From positions 194,184,001 through 194,248,000 of the forward strand of contig OZ024743.1 of the NCBI GenBank assembly GCA_964016885.1: 64,000 nt of DNA, written 5' to 3'. Made by a program: the position numbers and the translations under genes. Shown piece by piece: positions 52,736 through 64,000 of this stretch (within the stretch, counting starts at the first letter, position 1; every line of letters begins with the position of its first letter). The notes under the pieces were generated by a model that searched no databases, was not told the origin of the DNA, and saw only the letters and a list, made by a program, of their open reading frames with translations. The DNA is from Eledone cirrhosa. Lineage: Eukaryota.

Positions 52736-55700
52736 TTGAGAGTTGGCTGTTTGAACGCGCGTGGCCTGAGCTCAGCTTGGAAGCAAGCAAAGCTTCTAAG
52801 TGACCTCAGGTCACAAAGTATAGATGTGATGGTTGTTTGCGAGAGTCGGATCAGCAGCGTGAGACAGCTGGCGCCCGCCTTCGATGACTTTGAGATGCAC
52901 GCATCTCTCTGTCAACCCGGAGGCGGGGGGGGAGTTGCCGTACTGCTGGATAAACGTCTAACTCTCGACGTACAGATTGTTCACTCGGACCCGGGGGGTC
53001 GATTACTGGTGCTGGACGTCGGAGGTGGTGAAGGCGGGGCTTTCAGACTGGTCGGTCTTTATGCTCCCTTCGGGGCGGAGAGAGCCGACTTCTTCCAACG
53101 TCTGGAGACTTTTCTAGGAACGTCGCGTTCCCTGCTTTTAGTGGGGGACTGGAATGGAATCCTAGATGCGCGTTGGGACTATGCAGGGGCATGTCCCGAT
53201 AGAGGGGGGTGTAGCAGCCTCAAGGGGTTACTCGATCGATTCGACCTGGTCGATAGATTTCGACTAGATTGTCCAACTGCGCCAACCTGGACCTGGGCAA
53301 ACCGCAGTGGACAATCTAGATCGTACCTAGATAGGTTTTTGGTTAGGAGTAAGGATAGGGACGTATTTAGTTGTCCAGAACTGATCATGGTTGGCTATTC
53401 AGATCACAAATTAGTGACCTGCGTGGTCAACCTTGATAGAACGCATAGACAGGGTCCCGGTTACTGGAAGATGAACTTGTCCTTACCGACAAAGAAAGAT
53501 TACAGAAACCGGATTAGTAGCTTAGTTAAGATGCGGTTGACGGGAGCGATCGTCAACAGTAGGTGGTGGATATCTCTAAAGAGAGAGATTAGAGTAAGTT
53601 CGATAGGTTACAGTAAGGAACTAGCGGCGAATAGAAATAGGAGGGAAAGGGAGTTAACAGATAAACTAGAAGAGGCGATTAGGAGCGGAGACGTAGCCAG
53701 AGTGTTAGCGACGAGAACGGCATTGAGCCAGTTCTTTGACACGAAGCACGAAGGCTGCGTTGTCCGAAGTAAAATACGTGCTTTAGGAAACGAGGGGACC
53801 AAAGCTGTTAGCTGGGCCCGCGTGACAGAAGCCAAGAGTGGGATTAAATCCACCATTCGGTCTTTGCGAGACCAGGATGGACGGGTGATCCTTGAACCTG
53901 AGCGAATGTGCGAGACCTTTCAAAGGCACTTTGCTCGACTGTTCGGAGGTGGCGGGGGGCCGGACGGGGATGTGGACTTCGGTCCATACCTCGACGGTCT
54001 ACCGCGTCTTTCGAGCGGCGAAGCGGAGTGCTGCGAAGGGCCAATCACAGCCACTGAAATCGGGGAAGCGCTCAGCCAATGCAGCAGACGCAAATCCCCG
54101 GGTCTCGATGGTCTACCATACGAACTTTATTTAGCTATGCCGGTCTTGTTCTCCGAACTCCTCGAGGCTGTCTATTGCAACTGGCAACAGAACGGGAGAA
54201 TTCCCTGTTCTGTGACCAAGGGCGTGGTCACGCTAGTGAGGAAGGACGAGAGCAAGGGGGACGACTTAAGTAACTTTAGGCCCATAACTCTGCTGAATGC
54301 AGAGTTACAGATTTTGGCCAAGGTGTTGGCGAAGAGGTTGGCGCTTGTGGTGGGTGGTTTGGTGGGAGACGCGCAGACATGCGCTATCCCGTCCAGGTCC
54401 ATTCACGACAACCTCCACCTCATGCGATACATCATAGAGAGGGTTGGCTACGAACCCGGCTTTGGTGGGGCCCTGATCAACTTGGATCAATCTAAGGCGT
54501 TCGATAGGGTCGACCATGGTTACCTGGATGCGGTGCTAGCGGCGGCGGGCTTCGGACCCGTTTTCAGGGGCTGGATTTCTGCCATGCACAGTGGCAACAT
54601 CTACTCTAGGATTAAAGTAAACGGCTACCTCTCGGAGCCGTTTCAAATCACCCGATCCATCAGACAGGGGTGCCCCCTCTCCTCCCTCCTGTACGTATTG
54701 ACTCTCGAGCCACTGCTGCGGAAGTTGGAGTTGCTGCGGGGCATACCCCTGGAACCGGGATTGCACAAAGCGGTCTCGGCCTATGCCGACGACGTAACAG
54801 TAATGGTGGCGGACGCCTCGGAAATCGGGGCGATCGCCACCCTACTGGAGGAATACGAAAGGCTGACGGGGGCTAAGCTGAACCAGGACAAGTCAGTCGG
54901 TTTGCAACTCGGAACGTGGAGGGGCAAACCGATGCCGTTAGACGGTGTCGTCGGGCGGTGGACGGAGGGCCCGGTGAAGCTGCTAGGGGTCTGGTTCGGA
55001 CCGGACCTCCAGGTGGAGAAGAATTGGGGCGAGGTGACGAGCAGGGTGTTTGCGCTGACCCAGAAGTGGGCCAAGTGCAAACTATCACTGAAAGGTCGGG
55101 CGGAGGTGACGAACGCTTACATAGCGTCCGTCATCTACTACCGCCTGACCGTCGTGCCTTGCCCCAAGGAAAAGCTCACCATCATGGAACGCATGCTCTT
55201 CCAGTTCCTCTGGAAGAAGCGGCCTCCCATGGTGAGGAGATCCATCTGCTGCCAGCACCCTTCGAAAGGAGGGCTGGGTATGCCGTGGCTGTTGATGCGT
55301 AGGCACGCATTGAGGCTACGGCATCTACAGGTATTCCTCAACGGTCAGCCGGTGTGGGCCCCGTTTGTGAGGCGAGCCTTCCCACAGCTCGTCTCGCTCA
55401 CCGAACTGCAATCCTGGGTGAAGCAAAGACCGAGAAAACTGGGCAACTGGCACACTGAGTGTGCCCAGGCGCTCACGGCTATCTGGCAAGCGGACCCGAC
55501 TGTCAGTGGAGAATCCACCTCAACATTCTATAGAGGGTTGGTGGCTAGCAGGGGCGACGACACCCTTGGAGAGTCGCTAGGCATGGAGGAGGACGAACTG
55601 GCCAGCCTGTTCGGTAGAACTTTCGGCCCGGGACCCATGGACAACTTCCAGAGGTCCCTAGCCTGGCAGTGTTACCGGGGGGCTCTGCCCGTTCGAGAAA

Positions 55701-56164
55701 AGCTCTACAGACACGGGCGCCCGGGCAGGGATCCCGCGAAAAAGATCTGTCCCAGATGCGTGCGCGACGAGGAAACCGTTGCGCATGCACTGGTACACTG
55801 CCCGGGCGTTGCCGATCTGTGGGGCTACGTCGAACGACTGCTGTCGCGTGTGGCGCCGATTCGATTAACCGCCGAGTCTGTGGTGAACATCAAGCCGCCT
55901 CCTCCCTTCAGAAATGAAGCAGAGGCGGTCTTTCTGTGCGTAATAGCCATGATGAAAGAGGTTGTGTGGTGGACGCGCCTGAAAGGTCTGAGGTCGGGTG
56001 ACTTTCTCTCCGGCCATCACCTGGTTTACTTCTTCCGATACCACTTCGGAAGAAGAATCAGGATGGAGAGAGAAGTGCTTGGTCCCAGACAGTTTTATGA
56101 AAGGTGGGTGAAAGAAGCGAGAATGGCCCGTGTAAATGGGCCTTCTCTCTACATTGTTCTGTAG
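52736..56164 (+). CDS. LINE ORF2: APE endonuclease, reverse transcriptase, C-terminal CCHC
   Basis: CLNARGL, GDWN, YLDRF, SDH, KSPGLDG, FRPITLLN, DQSKAFDRV, RQGCPLS, YADD, CPRC..ETVAHALVHC. Confidence 0.95.
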   Translation: MRVGCLNARGLSSAWKQAKLLSDLRSQSIDVMVVCESRISSVRQLAPAFDDFEMHASLCQPGGGGGVAVLLDKRLTLDVQIVHSDPGGRLLVLDVGGGEGGAFRLVGLYAPFGAERADFFQRLETFLGTSRSLLLVGDWNGILDARWDYAGACPDRGGCSSLKGLLDRFDLVDRFRLDCPTAPTWTWANRSGQSRSYLDRFLVRSKDRDVFSCPELIMVGYSDHKLVTCVVNLDRTHRQGPGYWKMNLSLPTKKDYRNRISSLVKMRLTGAIVNSRWWISLKREIRVSSIGYSKELAANRNRRERELTDKLEEAIRSGDVARVLATRTALSQFFDTKHEGCVVRSKIRALGNEGTKAVSWARVTEAKSGIKSTIRSLRDQDGRVILEPERMCETFQRHFARLFGGGGGPDGDVDFGPYLDGLPRLSSGEAECCEGPITATEIGEALSQCSRRKSPGLDGLPYELYLAMPVLFSELLEAVYCNWQQNGRIPCSVTKGVVTLVRKDESKGDDLSNFRPITLLNAELQILAKVLAKRLALVVGGLVGDAQTCAIPSRSIHDNLHLMRYIIERVGYEPGFGGALINLDQSKAFDRVDHGYLDAVLAAAGFGPVFRGWISAMHSGNIYSRIKVNGYLSEPFQITRSIRQGCPLSSLLYVLTLEPLLRKLELLRGIPLEPGLHKAVSAYADDVTVMVADASEIGAIATLLEEYERLTGAKLNQDKSVGLQLGTWRGKPMPLDGVVGRWTEGPVKLLGVWFGPDLQVEKNWGEVTSRVFALTQKWAKCKLSLKGRAEVTNAYIASVIYYRLTVVPCPKEKLTIMERMLFQFLWKKRPPMVRRSICCQHPSKGGLGMPWLLMRRHALRLRHLQVFLNGQPVWAPFVRRAFPQLVSLTELQSWVKQRPRKLGNWHTECAQALTAIWQADPTVSGESTSTFYRGLVASRGDDTLGESLGMEEDELASLFGRTFGPGPMDNFQRSLAWQCYRGALPVREKLYRHGRPGRDPAKKICPRCVRDEETVAHALVHCPGVADLWGYVERLLSRVAPIRLTAESVVNIKPPPPFRNEAEAVFLCVIAMMKEVVWWTRLKGLRSGDFLSGHHLVYFFRYHFGRRIRMEREVLGPRQFYERWVKEARMARVNGPSLYIVL

Positions 56165-56394
56165 GTGAAGAAGTGAAGAGGAAAGGGGGAGCGCCTCCTC
56201 TCTGGGCTTCCCCCGCGAAAAGAGTTGCACACTTTTCGGGGGTATGTGCAATCCCCAACACGCCCCCTCCCTTTTGAGGACTTTTATTGTTATATTATTA
56301 TTGTTATTCCTTTTTTCTTTACTCGATTTATGTAAACTCCCCCACTGTGTAAATGTCCCCTTCTTTTGTGCCCTCGTGGCAAATAAATAGAAAT

Positions 56395-56436
<42 letters not shown>

Positions 56437-56504
56437 CTATGTGTATATTCGTGCAGTTTATTACAACTTGAAGGAAAGGATGTAACAACAACAGTAGTAT
56501 ATAT

Positions 56505-57400
56505 ATATAATGGAAAGATTTGAAAAAGGGACAAAACAGAGAGGCAGTACAACGAATGTTTATTAATTTCAAGCTCTGGAGAGTGGGGTGTTGGTGGGGG
56601 ACGACGTTTCGGGCATAAGCCCTTCCTCAGGTGAGAAGTGTGTGGGAACAGAGTTCAAAGGGTGTGTAGGGGAGTGGTGGAGAGACATATAGCGAAAGGA
56701 AACGGTGCGAATGAAAAAAATAAAAATAAAATTAAAAATAAAGCATGATCAAAATACAAGGAATGAAATAAATTTAAATATAAAAGCATGATCAAAATAA
56801 ACTGAAATTAAAAGGGGGGTAAAACAGGTGGTGGAAGGGTGTGGTGTGTGTAGGGGTGGTGGCGGGTGGAGTGGGGAGAGGGAGACGGGGTGTCCGAGCG
56901 GGGAGGGCTGAAGGTGGTGTGTGTGTGTAGGTGTACGTGTGTGTGTGTGTGTGTATGTGAAAGTAAGGGTTGGGGGAAGAACGGGGTTGCATGTTCAGGA
57001 AGAGGTATGTGTGTGTGTGTGTGTGTGGGGAGGGGGTCGGAGTGTCTGTGCGTGTGTGGATAGAGGGGGTGGGGGAGAGGAATCAGGAGGCTGAGGGTGT
57101 AAATATGTGGTGGAAAGCACGTGTGTGTGGGGTTTAAGCGTGTTGTGGGTGTAGGTTGCGTGTGGAGAAAAAATGTTTTGGGGTGTGTGTGTGTGGGTGA
57201 GTTATATAGGTGATTACGTAAGAGGATGGTTGAAAAGTTGGTAAAATCGGAAGGTGTTTAGTGGATACTGTGGTGGTCAATTTCTGCGTGCGAGTATTCC
57301 ATGAAGCGATGGTCGGAAGAGGAGAGATGTGGGGTGCGCGCGCAACAGGAAGTGGTCAAGCAGTGGGAGTGCTGTGTGTCTGTTTGTGCTGGGAGGTGGT
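56505..57400 (-). mobile_element. Decayed PLE 3' end with HHR-bearing pLTR
   Basis: Weak GIY-YIG C-terminal traces (~57150-57350), CA-rich UTR, HHR at 56601. Confidence 0.6.
56601..56632 (-). ncRNA. Minimal HHR
   Basis: ac-CTGAGGA-a gggc ttat gccc-GAAA-cg-TC-gt. Confidence 0.75.
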
Positions 57401-57893
57401 CAGAGGGCATATATATATATATGTGTGTGTGTGAGTGTGTGTGTATCAAGCATAGCGAAGACGAATCTACCTTTGTTTTCAATATATATATATATATTGT
57501 TTTTTGTACGTGAGTCTACATGTGTAAAGACATATCTGAGTAGCTTCACTTCCAACGTCAGGAATTGACATAATCGATCGTCCCTCGAGCTGATCGGCAG
57601 TGAAACATATGTGATTAAATATGTATATGATGCAACACTGATTCTTTGTTCCCAATTATTATTAAAAATACTCTGCTCCCCAATAACATCGAGTGCTCAT
57701 GCTGGTTTACTGCCTGTGAACGCAATCTGATTGCATGTTTAATATATATATATATATATAGGAAAAGCGTCGAAGCAGCCGGAGCTCAGCCGTCGGCGTC
57801 CTAACTCCTTTTCTATTACCCACTCTATTACCCTAAGTATTGAGTACACTGGTGCGTTATGGTCCACCTGGTATCTTACCACACACTCTTTGT

Positions 57894-57940
<47 letters not shown>

Positions 57941-58637
57941 TTATATGTTGGTTAGGTGTGTAATAAAGTTTGTACATATACTGACTATTTTAAATCTCCT
58001 CCTCTCTCTTTCTCTCGCTCTCCCTCTTTCTCTCTCTCAAGTAGTGGTCTATATTACGCTATAGCTGGAGACATTGCACATATTTTTGTCTAGAATCATC
58101 CTTTACTAAGATAGTGATAATGTCGTAATAATGATATTCCCTATTAACATCTCCGGAGTAGGCTAACAATAAATGGTTAATTGGAAAGTGTTGAAACTAA
58201 AATATTTATATTTATATATATTACCAACTATAGATTTAGCTGATTATATTTTCTAAAAATCCAGTTTCGTTTGTTACCTTCCTAAAATTGGTTGGCAATT
58301 ATTTTATTGCTAATGTTTATTTCCTACAGTTGTACATATATAATTTGATAAATTAATTCTGAATTATCATGAATTTGAATTCTTTTACGTTGCAGCCGAT
58401 ATTTTCCATTATTTAGAATAATACTAATGTTAAACTGTTTTACGAGGATTGAATAATCTAATTCTACCTTAAAGATTGTTTTATCATATATTTACATATA
58501 TATTTTTAATATAACAAAAATTTATTATATTTGTATTATGGCTATATTTATATATCTAGAACAATATACATATTTATGATGGAATAGGAAGAAAACATTG
58601 CCTAGCTGATGTAATGAAATTAATTTTCGTTGTGCAG

Positions 58638-58726
58638 GTCAATGGCTTTCCAGTTCATACTAATCTATTTGTAAGATTTACTCCTACGTACACCGCGGTC
58701 ACACTATCCAACATATCCTTATCGGG
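58638..58726 (+). CDS. Candidate isolated internal exon of an unknown host gene
   Basis: ttttcgttgtgcag| VNGFPVHTNLFVRFTPTYTAVTLSNISLSG |gtatgg; no recognisable homology. Confidence 0.25.
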
Positions 58727-58881
58727 GTATGGAGAAATAAACTACTATTACTAGGGGATTGATCGACCACACTCAACTACTCTTGTTGGTTCGATTTTAT
58801 TACGTTGTTAATATGATGTGATAAAAATCACATTTGCATGAATTCTGATGATCACAGCTCCAATATTATGATCATATGATT

Positions 58882-59204
58882 AGAATGTCCCAGGAAAGAT
58901 TCGCTGCACAGATTTTATAGGCAAAACCAACCGGCAGGAGACCCAGGTGACCCAGGAGTAGAGCCTCGATAGTTGGATAACATCCATTAGCTTGGGTGGT
59001 CTTGCTTGGGGATCCTGCCGGATCAGGTAGAGACGGTGACTCTGACAGGACCAGCTGGAAGGAGTGTTTGAGGACTCTGCCTCCACGACCCTCTCAGGAA
59101 TAGGTGGGCGAAGAAGAAGAAGAAGAAGAAGAAGAAGAAGAAGAAGAAGAAGAAGAAGAAGAAGAAGAAGAAGAAGAAGAAGAAGAAGAAGAAGAAGAAG
59201 AAGA
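58882..59204 (+). pseudogene. RTE-clade LINE 3' end with (GAA)n tail
   Basis: RMSQERFAAQIL*AKPTGRRPR, LGWSCLGILP, LPPRPSQE*. Confidence 0.75.
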
Positions 59205-60775
59205 ATACAGCAACAGTTTATCATCACGATTGACGTCAGATGTGAGGAAATAAGGGGTAAGGGGTATGACGAGCAATGTAGAGTAAGCATTACAATCAGA
59301 AAAAAACAAAACAAAACAAAACAAAAATACAGGTAGTTATATTCAGTTTCCTTTTAATCTGTTAACCTACAATATAAAGCACTAAATATTCATGCTTGAA
59401 GATATATATATCTGAAGGAAATTAGCTAACGAAATATGTTTACTGAACTGTTTCGTTTGCTATGTTTCTGTACTGGGTATGTTTCTATTATGACTAACAC
59501 AATAGTTAAGCAGCAACGAAATTTGTTGAGCATCATGTTGATATTTAAGGAAATAAAGAGACAAATCGGTATGAGAGAGACATATGTGGTGGAGACTAGA
59601 ATATGGTAAGACAATTCTAGGTATTTCTCTATGAGATTTGCAATAGTAATGTCATTTCTATTCGTTGTTAAATTCGTTTTTATTCTTTATTGATATTTTA
59701 TAACGTTCCTATGATTACAATCATTAGTAGCAACTTTTGTTTGCATACTGTTTTGGAACAGTTACCGACTGAATGTTGCCGAATAATAAGAATTTGTGAC
59801 AGACTTATGACAGACGTCCTACGTGACTGCCTTATCAAAATCACATTGCAAAATCAGAAAACTTGTCACGCCACAGCTCATTGGAAACATTTATATGCAG
59901 CTTACTCTTCTATTACAATGTCATTATCTAGTATTTTCTATGAGAATAATATTGCCGTATCATTTATCAAGTTGAGCTAGGTATTATTTATTTTACATTT
60001 CTTCTTTGATTTTTTTTTACTTTACCATTAACGAAGTTTTCGAAGCATTTGCAACATCCCACCCATAAATTTTACTCTATAAACATTGTCTGCCACTTTC
60101 CTACACTACCCCTCCACCATTTCCCAAGCAGTTTAATGTTATATTTAATGTTGCATTAACAACAACCTCTATTCGATTTCTGTCTTTAAACAAATCGATT
60201 TGTGCGTCTAAGTTGTATGGTTATGGTTGTAAAATGTTATTGCATACCTAAGATGTAGGGTTTATAACGGCATAGATGAATTCGTGATAAAATACATCCT
60301 CTATAATTATTCTTAGATATTTACTTCCTAATCCATAATTCTTTTTTTTCTATTCAAGCTATATTTTGTCATTCTATTTTGAAGAATATACCTTGCTGAT
60401 TGAAATATTTTTTTTCTTCAAAATTGTACAAACGAGTCAAACTACTATTGATTGTTGACAATATATTTACATCAATTTCAAACCAAAATAGATTTCAAAA
60501 TACGTCGAAGTAGCGACACTTGATAGCCTCTGTAGATGATTTTCTTAAAGCGATTACTGAATAATGGCTACGATTATTATAGAAATATGCATTCATACAT
60601 AAATACATAAACACACATACACACGCAGAAAGACACGCACATACAGACACGCAAAATAACCGATACATACACAAACGCACAAACACACAAGACGACTCAC
60701 ATGTATACACATATTTATGATGCAGATATAAAGGGGAATATTACATATATCTATTTGAAATGTATTCCCCCCCCC

Positions 60776-60821
<46 letters not shown>

Positions 60822-61368
60822 ATATACATACATACATTCATACATACATCTAAATACATTCACACACAAACACGAAAAACACACACACACACACATATAT
60901 ATATATGTGTGTGTGAATATATATATATATATATAGATAGATAGATACATACACACACACACATATATATATGTGTGTGTAACGTTTGATGCCATATATA
61001 TTTTAATCTGCGTTCGTTTTGGTTTTACTTCATCTTGGAGTTTTTCATAAGGTTTTCATAGTATTTCTTTTTCTGTCGCCAGTTTTTCTTATCGTCAAGT
61101 ATATGTTCCGTCCGACAGAATTCCGATGAACAGTACTTGAAGCAATATAAGAAGCATTACAAATATATATGATTTATTGTTAGCAAACCCAGCGTTGAGT
61201 GGATGAATGGACAGGAGGCGAATGGACATCAACATATTCAACAATTTTATGCTATTATTATACGTTATATTTTTTTTGTTTCTACGTATACATACACATA
61301 TGTGTGAAGACATAAATAGACATTTGCATATGCTATTTTACATGATAATACACTCACACACACACACA

Positions 61369-61421
<53 letters not shown>

Positions 61422-61520
61422 TTGGTGCTGTGAAATAGCGATATATATATGAATGTATATATAGTGTATTTTGCAATACACTGTATGTTTAATTAAAAGC
61501 ATTTCGAAGATCTTAGGCTT

Positions 61521-61791
61521 TTGTTTTAGAGTAGTGACAGTCTCACTTACTTTAAATTTTCAGCAAACAGGGGAGATAAAGCTGACAGAGCGCTGTTTCG
61601 TACTTTTTGGTACTTATCAAAGCTAAGTACTCCACCTGTTTGCTGAAAATCATGGATGTTTGATTCTTATAGAATTCTAGTAATAATCAGGAACTGATTA
61701 TACAGAGCGAACGAAAGAGAGCTCTGTCAGCTTTATCTCCCCTGTTTGCTGAAAATTTAAAGTAGGTGAGACTGTCACTACTCTAAAACAA
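61521..61791. mobile_element. Foldback pLTR (arms 61521-61600 and 61711-61791)
   Basis: Arms are reverse complements; HHR overlaps the left arm. Confidence 0.85.
61580..61624 (-). ncRNA. Hammerhead, U3-A8 variant
   Basis: agct-TTGATAA-gtac caaaaa gtac-GAAA-cag cgct ctg-TC-agct. Confidence 0.78.
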
Positions 61792-61924
61792 TATGTTAGT
61801 TGGGGAAGGGTGGTCGGATGAGGGGTGGAGTGGAGGTGTTAGTATTGTTAGTTGTGGGGTGGGCGGTGAAAAGGAGGGGTGTGTTACTGGGGGACATGTG
61901 TGGGGGGAGGGGGGCGGTCGAAGG

Positions 61925-64000
61925 CTAAAGGAATAAGGGTGGGGAGTTCAGGCCGGGGGGAGTGTGGGTCTGTAAGATGAAGATAGTTCTTTGTTCGACT
62001 CTAAGGAGATTGGCGGGTGTTCCGTGGCATTGGAGTAGGCCACAGACTGTGAGATGGCGTGCGGAATGTCCAGGGGCATGTGGAAACGTTGGACTGGAGG
62101 CGTCGGAAGAGGCGGCGGATGGTGCGGTGGAGGGGTAAGGTGGAGGGGTGGTAGGTGATGGGGAAGGGGAGACGGTGGGTGGGTGTGCGGTGGCGTGGGG
62201 TGAGGGTGGTGGAGCGGTGCACAGCACGGGCGCGGGAGAGATCGGTGTGGACGAGAGAGGGGGGTAACCTCTGCGGATGAAATCGCTGACTAGGGAAAGG
62301 GCCTGGGACTCGAAGTCAGCATCTCGGCTACAGAGGCGGCGGATCCTGAGGAGTTGGGAGTAGGGAATGGAGTGTTTAGTGTGGGTGGGGTGGGAAGAGG
62401 TGAAGTCGAGGTAAGAGTGGGAGTCGGTGGGTTTGAAGAAGGCGGAGGTGACGAGGGAGTGGTGGGAGGAGTCGAAGGCGACGGAGATGTCTAAGAAGGG
62501 ACGTGGGTGGTGGGGATAGAGGTGGTGAAGTGGAGGGAGGGGTGGAAGGAGCAGAAGAAGGAGAGAAAGGAGTCGAGCTGTACTCGGGTGAGGGTCGTGG
62601 CTCCGATACAGTCGTCAATGTAACGACCGTACAGTTCAGGCGTGGCGCCGGTGTACTGGGAAAAGATTTGGGCCTCAACATGGTCAATAAAAAGGTTTGC
62701 ATAGTTCGGGCCCATTCTTGTACCCATGGCTACCCCCGTGACCTGTTGGTAAAACTCACCCGAGAAGGAGAAACAATTGAGGGTGAGGACCAACTCGGCG
62801 AGGCGAAGGAGGGTGGGGGTGGAGGGAATGAGGGAGGGGCGAAGGTCGAGGTAGTGTTTGAGGGCGCGTAAGCCGTCGGCGTGGGGGATGACGGTATAGA
62901 GGGACTTGATGTCTAGGGTGAAGAGGAAGGGCTGTGGGCCGGGTGGGTAGGTGAAGGAGTCGAAAAGGCGCAGGGCGTGGTTGGTGTTGGAGATGTGGGA
63001 GGGGAGGGTGGTGACAAGGGGGGCGAGGATGGGGTCGAGAAAGGCGGAGATTAGTTCGGTGGGGCAGTTGCAAGCGGAGACGATGGGGCGGCCGGGGTTG
63101 TCGGGTTTGTGGAGTTTGGGGAGGAAGTAGATGGTGGGGGTGCGGGGGGTGCGGACGATGAGGTGGGAAGCGGTGGGGGAGGAGGGAGGAGGGAAGAGGC
63201 GATAAGGTCTTGGATGGTTGAGGAGACTTGTTGTTGGTAGGGGGGGGGGGATCGGAGGGTAGAGGGCGGTAGAAGAGGGGGTTACAGAGCTGCCTGAGGG
63301 CTTCGGCCGTGTAGAGGTCCGCGCGCCACACCACCACGGCGCCTCCCTTATCCGCCGGTTTGATGCCGATGTCATCTCGGCTACGGGGGGAGCGGAGAGC
63401 GAGGAGTTCGCCCCGTGAGATATTGTACCGTTTGGAACGGTGGCGGAAGTCGAAACGATTTACTGCGCTACGGCTGGCCTCGACGAACGCGTCCAGGGTG
63501 CTAAATTGCCTTGGGGCCGGCGTCCAAGAAGATGGTCGTCGGCTCAGGGCGAGAAACGGGTCTGGGGCGTCCGGAGCCGGTGGCGTTCGGCCCAAATGTG
63601 CCTGTAGCTTCGTGCGTCGCACGAATCGCTCGACTTCCGTTCGGGTGCGGAACTCGTCGCTGTGCGGAGTGTGGGGTATGAAGCGAAAGCCTCTACTAAG
63701 GAGTGAGCGCTCAGGTGCGGAGAGGGGGAGGTCAGGGGGTATGGTGACAACAAGTGCTGGGGTTTGGGTGTGTGGGGGGAAGGGAGGGTGTGGTGAGGGG
63801 TGAGGTGGAGGGTGGAGATTGGGTAGGGGTGTGGGTCGAGGGAGAGGTGGAGAGTGGTGGGCGTATGGGGATGGGCGGGTCGTGGTGGATGGGGGTGGTT
63901 GGGAGGAGTGAGTGTAGATTGCGGGCTTTGGTGGAGCTGAGGAAGGAGAAGATGTTGTGGTTGAGGTTTTGGATGAAGGAGAGGATGACTTGGGCGAGGA
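61925..64000 (-). pseudogene. Frameshifted PLE RT with partly deleted endonuclease; continues beyond the window
   Basis: IKPADKGGAVVVW, LPKLHK..PGRPIVS, LDIKSLYT, GVAMGTRMGP, RYIDD, and C-terminal EQ..IF.L.T..P.GLN. Confidence 0.92.

Larger units (their letters stand above)
50691..56397 (+). mobile_element. Full-length Tx1/L1-clade non-LTR retrotransposon
   Basis: 5' UTR, ORF1, ORF2 and 3' UTR with AATAAA; (TATC)n on both sides. Confidence 0.93.

Noticed and set aside
53179-56261. Antisense and alternate-frame ORFs inside LINE and PLE ORFs
   Set aside because: Shadow ORFs of GC-rich coding sequence.

Overview
AT-rich, microsatellite-dense animal DNA, probably intergenic or intronic. The SINE repertoire and composition suggest an octopus-like cephalopod (inference). 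No host gene is securely identifiable, and nearly all short ORFs are microsatellite artefacts. The window is dominated by retroelements: an intact Penelope-like element (PLE; RT plus GIY-YIG, 33.7-37.3 kb) with near-identical pseudo-LTRs, four or five decayed PLEs, a full-length Tx1/L1-type LINE (50.7-56.4 kb) stacked with relatives in a (TATC)n tract, RTE remnants, about 15 tRNA-derived SINEs, a Helitron-like element, a pogo-like MITE and a 38-bp minisatellite. The main hidden signal is more than ten unrelated type I hammerhead ribozyme (HHR) motifs, found by eye and folded by hand. Most sit in short non-coding elements beside (TA)n tracts, built as head-to-head inverted repeats and/or more-than-unit-length tandems (units about 310, 425 and 761 bp), i.e. 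retrozyme-like or non-autonomous PLE structures. Several insertion junctions fall at or within a few nt of the predicted self-cleavage site. Core variants (U3-A8, CAGAAGA, CCGAAGA) and one HHR with a large branched stem II occur. Ribozyme activity and novelty were not tested.
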